The notes beneath the pieces were generated by a model that worked only from the letters and a program-made list of their open reading frames with translations, did no database searches and was not told where the DNA came from. Of a stretch of 64,000 nucleotides of DNA, positions 12,821-24,974 are shown one piece after another. This DNA comes from the human T2T-CHM13v2.0 reference genome, Homo sapiens. Location: assembly GCF_009914755.1 (NCBI RefSeq), contig NC_060927.1; one strand, 5' to 3'. Within the stretch, counting starts at the first letter, position 1, and each line of letters opens with the position of its first letter. Both the position numbers and the translations under genes were made by a program.

Positions 12821-14299
12821 AAACATGTCCTACATGTCCTCATGAGACTCCTCCCTGAAGAGTCCTGCTGTGCTATGTTATTTTTCTGTCAACACCTAGT
12901 TCAAAGGCAGTTGGAACCACCCACAACATTGCACTGAAGCTACTGTGAATCTTGAGAGCCCACACACCATTGCAAAGACTGTATGGAAAATGTTATAACG
13001 ATGCTCCCATTTCTACGGTGTTTTCTTCTAAAGAGGTTAAAAAAGAAACACCCTAATATATATTTCTCTTCTCTTCACATTGTTCCCATAAAGGAAAAAG
13101 GAACACAGATACTACCAAGCTGTTGGACCCTTGGAATTTATATCCCCTCTCTGGGTGTCAGATTTTTAAAATTTTAAAAGAAGGGGAGGAGGTAAGACAA
13201 GAATTTCAGATTTGACATTTAATAAGACTGTGACGCATTATGTGAGTTAATTAGCATTCTGGCTGCAAGCGCTTTGCAAAACAAAACGTTGGTGTTGAAC
13301 GCTGTTGTCCATAAGTAAAGTCTGAGAAAATACATTCTGGGTCACATCAGAATCTTTGTCATCCAGAAACAGCATGGGAAAATTACTTTTATGCTTTCCA
13401 AAGAGATCTTTTATCTAAAAGGAGCACAAGTTGTACTGAAACAACTTTAAGAGATCCACTTTATTTTACTACCAACGTCTCTAGGGAAATAATATTGTCA
13501 TTTCATCATAAACCTTGGGCATAAGCCAGTATAATGTACTCAAGAGTTAAGCTGTGAATTACAGATGTTCTCAGGTTTTCCCAAAGCAAACCTGACTTTG
13601 AGAAAGATAGTTTATGTGATCCACGCTTGCCAAAAACTACATCGAAATCATTTCTTTTTAAAGGGCTATAAATCAACTGATAATCTGCAACCCGCCACAT
13701 TTTTCAAAGCCCTTCAGGTCAATGCAACCTAAATGTGATCAAATAAACATGCACTGAACTGATAGGGAATTGGTGTCAACATATGCATGTATTATATTAA
13801 TTAGCCTTTTTAGAATACTTACTGTGTGCAGAGTTGAGAAGCAGACCTTATGGGAAAATACAAAACATAGTTCTTGCTTCAAATCATAAAGTACTCATTG
13901 GAAGTCCATTGGAGACATCAAGAAAACATTTCAAGGAAACATTTAACTTCCTGCTAATTAATATAACAAATAGAATAAAAATTGCAGAGAGAGAGAAAGC
14001 AGGCAAGAGTGTTAGATGGAATTAATGAGAAAAAGTCTACTGGAAGGGTTGAGCTTTTCTAGAAGATAGGGAATATGTATGTCTTTGGGAGTATTTGATG
14101 AGTTGCATGTTTGTTATGGGTGGTGGAGGGAGGGAGTTTATAAATGAGGGTCAGAAAACAGTATCATGTGGCATGATTGAAGAATATGTCATTATACACT
14201 ATCTAAAATGTCAATGAAGTGGAGTATAACACATTTGTCTCTTTTAAGGAGTAGTATCTGGCAACCACAGAAGTACTAACTGTTTATTTTTTTGGTGAA

Positions 14300-14406
14300 A
14301 GAATTCCCAAATATTGCATGGAGAATATTTATAAAAATTTTTTTAAACCTGAAGTGAAAATTGAACAGAACATTCTGTATTTCACTTGCTAAACCTGAAA
14401 ACCCAA
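14300..14406 (+). mobile_element. MER53 right-half fragment
   Basis: 'tcccaaatattgcatgg...ctgtatttcacttgctaaacctg' resembles the MER53 arm. Confidence 0.55.
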
Positions 14407-14489
14407 TGGAGAAGGATTTTAGTCTAAACTTACTTAAAAAAAAAGAGATGTGCACATGTTAAAGATAGTCCCATCAATATTATACATCA

Positions 14490-14712
14490 TGTGTTATGTG
14501 CTAGGCTCTGTTCTGGGCGCTTGATATATTTTGATTCATTTAATCCTTACAAAATCTTATGAGGTAGGTACTATTACATTATCTTTTTTCCAGAGGAAGA
14601 AACTGAGGCACAGAGAGGCTAGGTAACTTGCCCAAGGCAAGCTAATAAAGGGCAGAGCCAGGGATTTGAACCCAGGCAGTCTGGCTGCAGAATCTGTGCT
14701 CCTTATTACTAT
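14490..14712 (-). mobile_element. MIR SINE
   Basis: 'tcatttaatcct...tatgaggtaggtactatt...gaaactgaggcacagagagg...taacttgcccaagg...gggatttgaacccaggcagtctgg'. Confidence 0.88.
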
Positions 14713-15896
14713 ATAATTATGCCAGGTGAGGTCTGTGGCTACATAGATTGAGGAAATGTTTCACCACAGCTCTTTTGACATAGTAAATCCTAGTGCTCAA
14801 CTGTTGGTTCAACCCTTAAAACCAAAAGCACAGACCCTGGGAAAAAGCACCCTTAATCCTGAAGAGAGCCCCAGATATATCTCCCTGAGGCTTGACACCA
14901 TCTGGTAGCCAGCTGCAGTTGACGGGCTCCTTCTCTTCCTGTGCCTTCCACCCACCTCCACTGTCCCTCCCGAATCGGCCAGTATTAGTCATCATATAGT
15001 CGTAGTGCTTGGTGAAAAGTCAGCATTGCAATACCCCAGACCAACATCTGCTCAAAGACTCACCATGGCCAGGGGCTTTCCTAGCAATGGATAAGTGGCG
15101 GAGCCTCCAGGGAACTGAGCAAGGGAATATGCCACCCACATGCCTCATTTACTGCCAGGGACTAGACCTTCACTGGGCTAAAAGCCCATGTCTTTTACAG
15201 TATTTTATATCTGTCAAAGCTTGTCCCCAAGATAGGCAGGAAGCTCTTGATCAATTTTCAGATAGGAGAAAACACCATACAAATCCAACAGACAAATCCC
15301 TAGAAATCCAATGAGAAGAATTATATTGATCACTTATGGACGTTTTTCATTGAACCGATGCTCTAATTATACAATGTAATGAAAGCATATCATAAATATG
15401 CATCTTAAACATATTTAAAAATCATTAGGTCCCTGTATTGACTTATTTTGACTTTTTGTACTACACTATCAATTTGTGTAGTGTTCGAGCATTTTACTAC
15501 TAGAAAGGCATTTATTTCAATAAAGGGATATAAAACCCCTTATCCATTCCTACTTACAACTGAGGAATAAGCCTATTTGTAATGACTCTTACATAAGAAT
15601 TGTATTCAATGCTTCTCTATGTAATCAGACATTACATGAAATTAGAAACAATAGGGGAGCAAAATCAATCAGCCATGGCAGAGGGATTGAGATAATAATG
15701 ACTCATTTGACTGGGTTGCTTGGGAAAATTAATAACAACAGAGGTAATTACTAACCTGGGAAAGCCAGACTCTTGATCATTCTTTTATACTTTTAAACAT
15801 GAACTATGCAGAAGTGCATCATTTCAAGCCACACACTGGTTTGCTGTGGCCAACAAGCGACTGGCTCAGGTGGTTCACACATCACATCCTCTAGAT

Positions 15897-16118
15897 GAGT
15901 GGTTCTCAACTAGAGGTGACTTTGTCCTCAAGGAGACAGACATTTGGCAATGGCGGGAGACATTTTCACTTGTCTGAACTTGTGGAGTGGTTGCTACTGG
16001 CATCTAGAGGGTAGAAACTAGGGATGCAACTATGCATTCTGTGAGGCATAAGAGAGCCCTCAACAACACAGAATTATCCAGCTCCAAATGTCAATAGTGG
16101 CAAGGTTGAGAAGCCCTG
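15897..16118 (+). mobile_element. MER20 hAT-Charlie MITE
   Basis: 'agtggttctcaac...gacatttggcaatg...gctactggcatctag...aaatgtcaatagtg...ggttgagaagccctg'; CTAGA-centred flanks. Confidence 0.88.
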
Positions 16119-17246
16119 GCCCTAGACGGTGCCTCAGAGTCATAAACTGCCCTGACACGGAGCTCAAAAGGCAGGTCATGAGAACACCCGGAAAAGGAGT
16201 AGCAATGATAGGTTGAAGATAAATGGCTCATCTCCCACTTTCTTTGGTTGAGGTCTCTATTCTGCACAAAGGCCCTGGCAAATCTCTTCATTTTTCTTGT
16301 AGCTCTATCTGCTCTCCAGTGCAGGGGCATATATCACAGCCACCTGTCTGCTGGCTGTGAGACACCTCTACAGAAACAGACAGCTTAATGCAAAAGAGAA
16401 AAGACCAGTCTGGCCACAGCTGGCCAAAGGGATGCTCAACTGGGTAATTCCATCTGGCTCTTTTCTCCCAGTCCCCAGCCCTTGGTTGTTTGGAAATGCC
16501 TTGACCTTTACAACTTAAAATATTTACTGAGCCAGCTTCCAGGTGACAAAAGGTGTAAGGGAATAAGACAGCATGAGATTATTGAACAAATGTGCTTAAA
16601 ACATCTGCTTTCCATGTCCAAATATTGCTTGTTTATGCCTCAAGTCATTCTGCATACAATTTGCCTTATGTTGTGCAAGGCAGACAGTGACTAGTTTGCA
16701 GTAGAATCAAAATAATACAGCAAATTTCCTACCGAACCCACCTCAGGTCCACAAATCCTTGAAGTAGTGTGGCTTTTCTCTGCTGCCTCAGTTCTATCTC
16801 TGTTAAACACATGGCCACATTTCACAGGGCTAGAAAATTTCATTTTTATCATAATAGGAAAAAGTCAAATTGGGGTTAAAGAAAACTATTCAATTCAGCT
16901 GCTTTAGGAATAATCACAGAGTAAACAGAGTTTAATTTGTAATGTTGGTACCTCCTCTCCTTTACTCTCAATCACAGCTGTTTCTTAAGTATTTATTCTA
17001 ATATTCTATAGCACCTGGATGTCCAGAGCATATCCTACTGTGTATTTGGGGTGAGTCTTCCCCAAAAATGCCTGAGATCTTTCCCATTCCTTTCTCACTT
17101 TTGACAATTTGGACCTACTCTTTGCAAAGGTGACATTAGTACTAGGTTGTCTCAATGTCTATCATTGTAGGGGCTTTCTGGTGAAGCAGAGGATGCGGTG
17201 TGTCTTTAATTACAGGGATCTCTGGCCCCGCAGCCAGTTTGGCAGG

Positions 17247-17656
17247 TGTCTTATTCCATTTTACATTGCTGTAAAGGAATGCCTGAGACTGGTTAACTTA
17301 TTAAGAAAATAAATTTATTTGGTTAATGGTTCTGCAGGCAGCACAGGAAGCATCTGCTTCTGGTGAGGGACTCAGGAAGCTTTCAATCATGTGGCAGGGG
17401 AAGGGGGAGCAGGTGTGTCCCATGGCAAGAGAAGAAGAAAGAAAGAGAGAAGGGGGAAGTTTCCAGGCTCCTTTTAACAGCCATCTTGTGGGAACTAATA
17501 CAGCAAGAATTCGCTCAACACCGTGAAGATGGTACAAAGCCATTCGTGCAGGATCTGCCCCCATGACCCATACATCTCCCACTAGACCTCACCTTTAACA
17601 CTGGGCATCAAATCTCAACATTATATTTGGAGGGGTCAAATATCCAAACTATCTCA
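17247..17656 (-). mobile_element. MSTB solo LTR
   Basis: tgtctt...'catctgcttctggtgaggg'...'atatccaaactatctca'; TSD gcagg/gcaga. Confidence 0.88.
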
Positions 17657-17864
17657 GCAGAGGAGGACTTTAGCATGTCTCAAATAATGGCATTTGAATG
17701 GCTTACAACTATTGCTATTCTTTCACTCCATGTGATATAGGCATTTTATTGTACTGTCCAGAAGAGGCACCCATTTCATACATTTTTTCCAGAGTCAGTA
17801 TTTAATCTCAGCCTGAATTTCCCATTATATGCCCTCCCCAGCTACATAAACACTGTACACTTTA

Positions 17865-17950
17865 TTAGAAGCATAGGATTTTCAGAGATGCTCAGTTCTA
17901 TCCTCTCATTTTACAGAAGAAGAAACCGAAGTCCAATGCCTCATGCAAGG
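17865..17950 (-). mobile_element. MIR fragment
   Basis: 'cctctcattttacagaagaagaaaccgaagtcca'. Confidence 0.55.
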
Positions 17951-17956
17951 CCACTT

Positions 17957-18320
17957 TGGTAGATTGTTACTCTTCAAGATATTGCTCCCCCTTCTTGGTG
18001 GAATGATTTTCTTTACTCCTCTGCCATTGGATTTGGCCTTGTTATTTGCTTTGACCAACGAAATATAAGCAGACATGATGTATGTCACTTTCAGGCAGGG
18101 ACTTTAAAAGCCATCACATGGTACCACCATGTTCTGTATCTCTTTCTATATGACAAGCAGTGTCTGAGATAGATCACAGATGAAGGGATGGACAGCCACA
18201 GTTGGCTTTCAGCAATGTAAATGAGAAATAAACCTTTGTTGTTGTAAGCTACCTGTGTTGGTATTGTCGACTTGAGGTCATTTGTTACTGCAGCATAGTA
18301 TAGCCTATACTGACTGGTAC
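17957..18320 (+). mobile_element. MLT1I/J-like MaLR LTR
   Basis: 'ttgctttgaccaacgaaatataagcagacatga...gagaaataaaccttgttgttgtaagc...ttgttactgcagcata'. Confidence 0.75.
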
Positions 18321-18529
18321 TGGTATCCAACAAATAAATAACAGAACTGCTTTAAGCCTCAGTCCTGATTCCTACACAGGCTTTTTTCTAACATACCATA
18401 CTGAACAAAACATATTTCATCTATAATAAGGGACAGAGAGAATGACATCCAACACTTGAGCAAAGCAGATTTTGTTTTTAATATTTTTAGTCAGCTTGTA
18501 TTAAAAAACTAATTAAATAGGATTTGGGG

Positions 18530-19193
18530 TATTGTCCGAAAGACCATCAGGATGGCTAAATACTAGAAAGGAGACATTTACTGGTGACATCAGCTTGCAG
18601 GCCAGGAAGAGAAAGTCTCCAGCTTGGACTGAACGTGTTCTATCTTCGAAAATGGGTAGGAGAGGTTGAATTTTATGACTCACAGGGCCTGTATCATACA
18701 TATTCAGCAGGTTTGAAGGAAAAACTATACATATTTATGAGGGGGAGCTGAGTACATTCAGACTGGGTAAACATGCATGTAATATACAACCCATGTTCAC
18801 TTTGGGGTGGGGTTTCAGCATTAAAATGAAGTGGAATTTGGTGCCTTATGTCAAAAGGTGAACTATAGGACACAAGGACAGTTTGTGTGCAACCTCTAGA
18901 AGCTGCTGAAACTGGCCTAAGGTCTGCAATAACTTGTCAGAAAATAATGTTTGTGAGGCTGGTCCTTGGTCTCCTGCCCAATCAGAGTTGTAGTGGTCTG
19001 GGTGGTAAGTCAGCCTGATCACTCCTATTGTTAGGGAGTTTAGCAAGGGTATGTTTTTTTTTATAGTAGAAATTTAAAATTTGCCATGGCAGCCAGGCCT
19101 GCACCCCTCAACCCCATGGTTAACTTTGTGTCCTTAATCTTAGGGCCCATCTTAGTTGATAAAAGGGCATCTGTTTTGGTCTCTTGGCTCGCA
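18530..19193 (-). mobile_element. MER39/MER39B (ERV1) solo LTR
   Basis: Reverse strand begins tgcgagccaagagaccaaaacagatgcccttttatcaactaagatgggccctaag; 4-bp TSD gggg/gggg. Confidence 0.78.
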
Positions 19194-19914
19194 GGGGATT
19201 ATTCACACTATAGATCAGTTGCATTGCGCAAATAATTAAGGGCAAAATTCCTCAGCAAAGCCTAGCCCAACAGTTTAGACTTTCCATAAACATGCATTTC
19301 ACACTCTGCAGAAAGTAAATCTCATCTTATACAGTACCAAACCTAATGTTTAAGAATCAAAGATAAAAACTAAACAAAAACTCCTGAAATTTAGAAGGCA
19401 TCAAACAAACAACAACAACACCATAAGAGAAAGAAAAAAAAACAAAAAAAATCCAGACATTTCACATAATTGTAAACACCAATTAGGTATATAAATTTCC
19501 TTCATTATTTTCTAGTTAACGAGTTTTCAAATAAGCTAAGAACATTCTGGTGATGTCTTTACTTAACATCGTCATTTCACAAACTGTCAAGAATGAAGAA
19601 TTCCACTGGGGTAAATGAAGATATGCTTGAATTTTCTTAATTACCACCTTGCTAAGGCTGTGAGCTCATTGTTTATTGGTGTGACAAATGACTCTAAGCC
19701 CTGTCAGGCAGTCACAGGGGACACTGGGCTGCTACACAATGTGCCCATCTCATTACTGTGTTGCTGACAGCGCAGGCCGAGAAAAGAGAAACAAAACTTG
19801 TTTCAGGAGTAGAGTTACAAGGGCCAGTGTGGTAGTGACTGACAAAATAGAGGAACTCTCCTTATTGCTAGAATGTTAGCTCTCCTGGGATCTGGCTTTG
19901 CTTCCTGGGAGAAA

Positions 19915-20036
19915 TGTTGGCTTGAGGGCAAAGCCCCAATGCTCTGCATTGGCCCTCTGCATAATCGTTAACACAGTGCCTAGCACATGGCGTGTTCTCA
20001 AGAAATATTTGCTGAATGGATGAATGATTGAATAAA
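19915..20036 (+). mobile_element. L2 3' end
   Basis: 'cttgagggca...cacagtgcctagcacatgg...ctcaagaaatatttgctgaatggatgaatga'. Confidence 0.7.
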
Positions 20037-20554
20037 CATCTCTCCCACCCAACCTTACTACTTCCTTCTTTTTTACCTCCACTTGCCAGAAGACAGACTG
20101 AATAAACTAAGCACATGATGATACCATAGTATTCCAATTTGACACTGAGCCGAGGTCCCTCTGCCTCCAGCTCACACTGATCACCTCCCTTTCCATTCCT
20201 TTATTCACTCTCTTGTACCCAATTCCCTGACCCACCAGTTCTGAACTCTTCTGAGGCATGAGCCTGCAGCTCAGTCAACTTTCAGTCCTTCTCCAACTGC
20301 TGAACAAAGCATATTGTTCTTAGCAGGTGTTCTGTATATTTTAATTTAAAAAATAATGTTTTATATTCTTAACGTGTTGCGTCTCAGAAATATTTGCTAC
20401 TTAGAAGAGAAATGGGATAAGAATAGATAATGAACAAATAAGAATGAACTGCTGAAGGAGGGATTTCATGCAAAGGTAGGGGAAATCGTCCTTGGAATCT
20501 TACTGCATAAATAGGGGGTTTCAAGTCCTGGTTCACAGACTGGCTTTGGTGTAT

Positions 20555-20800
20555 AGCATGCATTCTCATTTGGGGTCATATTTTCCCCTACGAGGGTGAA
20601 AGTTGGATCTTGGGGAGGGATGAAAACATTGTCAGATATTAAAATGGTTTGTGCTCCTCCCAAAGGGCCATGACACACAGACAGATGTACAGTATGTCTG
20701 TGGTATTAACGTTGCATGGGTGGGGCGATCCGAAAAAGATCTTAGAAGACCTTTTGGGGAAAGGGGGATGATAGTGGGGAAAAAAGATTGAGAAGCACTA
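20555..20800 (+). mobile_element. MER112-like hAT-Charlie element
   Basis: 'cattctca...atggtttgtg...ccaaagggcca...acagtatgtctgtggtattaa...ttgagaagcact'. Confidence 0.65.
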
Positions 20801-20846
20801 GTTTACGAGAATATTCTTTCAAGCCCAAAGAAAAATAGGTTGTGTT

Positions 20847-20873
20847 ACACACACACACACACAAACACACACA
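20847..20873. repeat. (CA)n microsatellite
   Basis: acacacacacacacacaaacacacac. Confidence 0.9.
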
Positions 20874-21356
20874 CCTCTACACAGAGTAGATAGATCAGAT
20901 AGACAATCCATGTGATTTTGCTAACAAGGCTTCTTGGGAGAATTCTGCATTTTATTTTGATTTTGAGATTTTCCTTTCTTAGAAAAGTAAACATTAGACA
21001 ACTCTGCTGGTATCCAGGTTAAAAAAATTATTCTGGTTATTAAAATCCCAGCCTGAGAATCACTATTTTGAAATATGGGCAAGTCAATCTATGTGCAAAA
21101 TTAGTCTTGTCAAATATTAGACAATGTGACTAGTATTAGAGCACAGGAGAAGAATACTTCAGTCCCAGAAAGAACTTCAGAAAGAGATCACTTTTCTGTA
21201 AGACCCAGTGCAGGAGTTAATTGCACTCTTCAATTCATGGTAAATAGTCTCCAATTGTCTGAGCTGTTTGCTTGATTCATTGATTTACTGTCTATCCACA
21301 CGCTGCTCCCACGCCTCTCCTCCAACATTTCAGTGTGTTAAACGTGCATTCTGTTC

Positions 21357-21668
21357 GCCGAGCACGGTGGCTCACACCTGTAATCCCAGCACTTTGGGAA
21401 GTCAAGGCAATGGATTGCTTGACCCCAGGAGTTCAAGACCAGCCTTGGCAACACGGTGAAACCCTGTCTCTCCAAAAAATACAAAAATTAGGTAGGTGTG
21501 GTGGCAGCCACCTGTTGTCTCAGCTATTCAGGAGGTTGAGGTGGGAGGATCATCTGAGTCTGGGAGGCAGAGGTTGCAGTGAGCCGAGAGTGCAACACTG
21601 CACTCCAGCCTGGGTGACAGAGTGAGACCCTGCCTCAAAAAAACAAACAAACAAACAAACAAAAAAAA
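21357..21668 (+). mobile_element. AluJ (Jb-like) with (CAAA)n tail
   Basis: Full dimer 'gtggctcacacctgtaatcccagc...ggattgcttga...gagtgagaccctg' plus A-rich tail. Confidence 0.9.
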
Positions 21669-21689
21669 CTCAAAAAAGGGCATGATGTT

Positions 21690-23095
21690 GATTTTATATA
21701 TTATTTCACATACATAAAATTTGTGATTATTGCATTGTTGTTCTGTGTGCATGTGTTTTAATTTATATACATGGCAGTGTTATCTACCCTATTGTTTCTT
21801 ACTCTATTTTTGCTCTGTTTTTAAGATCTGTGTTGCCCTGATGCTTCTTCCGCTGCATCATCCACCTGGGTGTGCATCCACCATGACATGTTCAGCACTA
21901 TTGTGGAAATAATATCCACATTGTCTCCAGCTCCTCAGTTACCCAGCTATCTTGACAATGAACCTCCACATACATGTCTTCTTATGCATCAGGGTGAGAG
22001 TCTCCAGGACTTCCTTGCTTAATCCTGAAGTTGCAGGAACCATTTTGAAAAATGTTTTCACTTCAGTTGCCATAATCATATGACTTTTCTGCTGTTGAAC
22101 TACATTTTATATTTCTGAAACATATTCCACTTGATTTTGACATATATATTATTTTTAGAGACAGGACTTCTCTCTGTTGCCCAGGCTGAAGTACAGTGGT
22201 GCAATCATAGCTCACTGCAGCCTAAAACTCCTGGGCTCAAGCTATCTTCCTGCTTCGACCTCCCACGTAGCTGAGAGCACAGGTGTGTACTACTATGCAC
22301 AGTCCTGATTTATATTTTTATCCACTCTTCAATTCAGTTAGTGAATATATTTTTACACCTATGTTCACAAATGAAATGTGCCTATTATTTCTATATATTT
22401 TCCTGCTTTTGTTGTTATCTATATTTGGAGTTAAGAATACACTAGCACCATATAACAAGCTAGGTAGATTTTGTTTTTTTGTATTTTTTCCTTAGACAAC
22501 TTGTGTAAGTTAGGAATCAACTGCATCTTGAAAATTTGAACAAATTACCTGTAAAGACATCTGGACCTGGGACTGTTTCAGAGGCTAGTCTTTGTCTACC
22601 ATTTAAAAAGAACTATTGTACTATTCAAGACATCTTCTTCATTTGCCAGTTTTCCAGGAATTTATCCATTTTAATTATGCTTACAAAATCATTACTGTAT
22701 AGTTGTTAATAATCCTTACTATTTTTATAACTGTCCATTATATCTATAGTTACTTCATTTTGTATCATATATATTTTAATAGCTTTTAGATATAATTTGC
22801 ATAGCATAAAATTCACTTGTTTTAAGTGTACATTCAATAATTTTTAGTAAATTTCCAGAGCTGTGCAACCATTAGTCCAATCTACTGTCAGAAAATCCCA
22901 TGTTGGGGGTAGGGATGGGGTCAGCTGGTCACTCCTGTTCTCACTCCTAGCCCCAGGCAGCCACTAATCAACTTTTTGTTTCCACAGATTTGTCTTTTTT
23001 AGATTTCATTCTGTATTTTGTTTATTTGCATTAATATTTTCAAATAATTGGCTTTTAATTTTGTTAATCTTCTCTTTTTTCTTTATTTCATCAAT
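21690..23095 (-). mobile_element. Old L1 (L1M/L1MB) fragments
   Basis: Reverse-strand ORF2-like 'gtaaagacatctggacctggg' and 3'UTR-like 'aaaattcac...aagtgtacattcaat...tgtgcaacca...gccccaggcagccactaatc'. Confidence 0.65.
22151..22304 (-). mobile_element. Alu right monomer (FRAM/AluJ fragment)
   Basis: 'gttgcccaggctgaagtacagtggtgcaatcatagctcactgcagcc...'. Confidence 0.8.
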
Positions 23096-23754
23096 TTTGA
23101 AGGAGTTCTGCTCAGTCCATCCCTGACGACAAGAGCAGGACATGGGCCTGCACTTCCTTTGATAATCCCTCAGTCTTTGGTTGGGCACAGTGTCTGCTCA
23201 GCCCCCTCTCTTAGGTGCCTGTGGTCATTTGTCAACAGAGACTTTAACATTTCCTAGGTGGCTTGCCCCAAATGCTGGTTTCCTCTAGATGTTGGAGTTC
23301 CAGTTTCTACGAAGGTCAACCCTAAAGCACTTGGAGGACAAAGGGCCCCAGTTTCTGGCCTAGACATCCAAGCCTCTGCCTGGGACCCCTAAATTTAAAT
23401 TTATGCCGTTGTGAGTCATGTGTGCTTAGAAAGAAAACAGACAGAAAGAATATGAACTGGCTGGTCTGTGAAGTGGCTGGGTAGGACAGAAACTGGCCCA
23501 ACCAATTTCTATTTGCTAAGGAATTAGAAGACTCCCCGCATCATCCCTGAAGTAAAAAAGAAACAGGATATTGAAAGGACTAGAAGAAGATTTTAAAGTC
23601 CTGTGTTCTTTTGTCTTTCTCAGCGAACATGTACCCATGACTTCCTCACTTTTCCTCTACATATGTTAACTATTGATTGGGCCTTATAGAAATTTCTCTG
23701 ATCTTCTTTGTAATCTGTACCATTGCCAATCACTGAGAAAGGGAAGGGAGCTAA

Positions 23755-24150
23755 TATAAGGTACTTCATGTTTACCAGGCACTTTATGGAATTTTCTTTT
23801 TATATATTCACAGCAGGAATGCAGACATCCCTTTGACATACTGATTTCATTTCCTTTGGATAGAGTAAACCCAGAAATGTGATGGCCAGATCACATGGTA
23901 GTCCAATTTTAAATTTTTTGAGAAAACTCCATACTGTTTTCCAAAATGCCTGGCCTTTTGAGGCTGGTACAATTATCAATCTAATTTTAGAAATGAAGCA
24001 ACTGAGAAAAGTTAGGTGACTTGCCCAGGCTCATTATGTACCAGTCACTTAGTGACTTCCTAGGTCACGCAGATGGAATCAGAGCCAGAATGAAAGCCAA
24101 GATCCATATCACACTGCAAATCTCATGTTCCTTCTATGCCCACGTGCCTA
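23755..24150 (-). mobile_element. MIR interrupted by a short L1MA fragment (~23815-23955)
   Basis: MIR 'ttaggtgacttgcccagg'; L1 'catactgatttcatttcctttggata...ctccatactgttttcca'. Confidence 0.65.
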
Positions 24151-24379
24151 AAATATTAGGCTGGAAGGGACCTTGAATTTCATCAAGTGAAACAGTCCCC
24201 AGAAGTCAGTCTACTATTCAAATCTCCACATATTTTAAACTATCTATGTAACACCTAAACTAATATGACAATATTTTTATTTAAATAGATTTATAATTTT
24301 TAATAAAATATTTTTATAAAAGCTTTTGTCATTACCGACAATGAAAAAGCTAGTGTCATTTGCTATAAACAAGAAGTAT

Positions 24380-24733
24380 ATGGCTGAACTATTTTCAAAA
24401 TAATCTTCTTGCTAAGCCACCCTCAAACTCAGTGCCTTATAACAAGGTGTGCTTATTCTCACATGCACAGGTCTGCAGATTGGCTTAGTTTGGCTGATCT
24501 AGCTGGACTTAGTTGGCCAGGCTCCAAGTTGTAGGTCTGCCTCACATATCTTATTTTGGAGCTCAGAATTAAAGAACAGAGGCTGTCTTTGGTTTGAAAC
24601 TGGCACCCCATCATGTCTACTCATATTTCATTGGCCAAAGCAAGTCACACACCTCCCAGCATCAATGAGGTAGGGAAAGATAATTTGCTCACAGAGAAGG
24701 CGATGAATATCTGATGAACATTTATCTACCACA
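24380..24733 (-). mobile_element. MLT1H-like MaLR LTR
   Basis: 'ccaccctcaaactcagtg...aaactggcac...cattggccaaagcaagtcaca...ctaccaca'. Confidence 0.72.
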
Positions 24734-24812
24734 TGTGAAAAAGAAATAGTCAACATGATGAAAACAAAACAATAACTTAAAACTTTAGTTAGCCACCACT
24801 GCCTGCAGAAAT

Positions 24813-24974
24813 GGGGTTTCCAAATAAAATACTAGATACTCAGTTAAAGTTTAACTTCAGATAAACAACAATCATTTTTAGAATAAGTACGATCCATGCA
24901 ATATTTGGACATACTTCTCTTACAAGTTATTCATTGCATTGTGCACTTTCATTTGCTTAATCTGAAAATTCTAT
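24813..24974. mobile_element. MER53 palindromic hAT MITE
   Basis: 'gggtttccaaataaaatac...cagttaaa...ttcagataaacaac...ccatgcaatatttgg...tttgcttaatctg'; TSD gcagaaat/gtagaaat. Confidence 0.8.
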
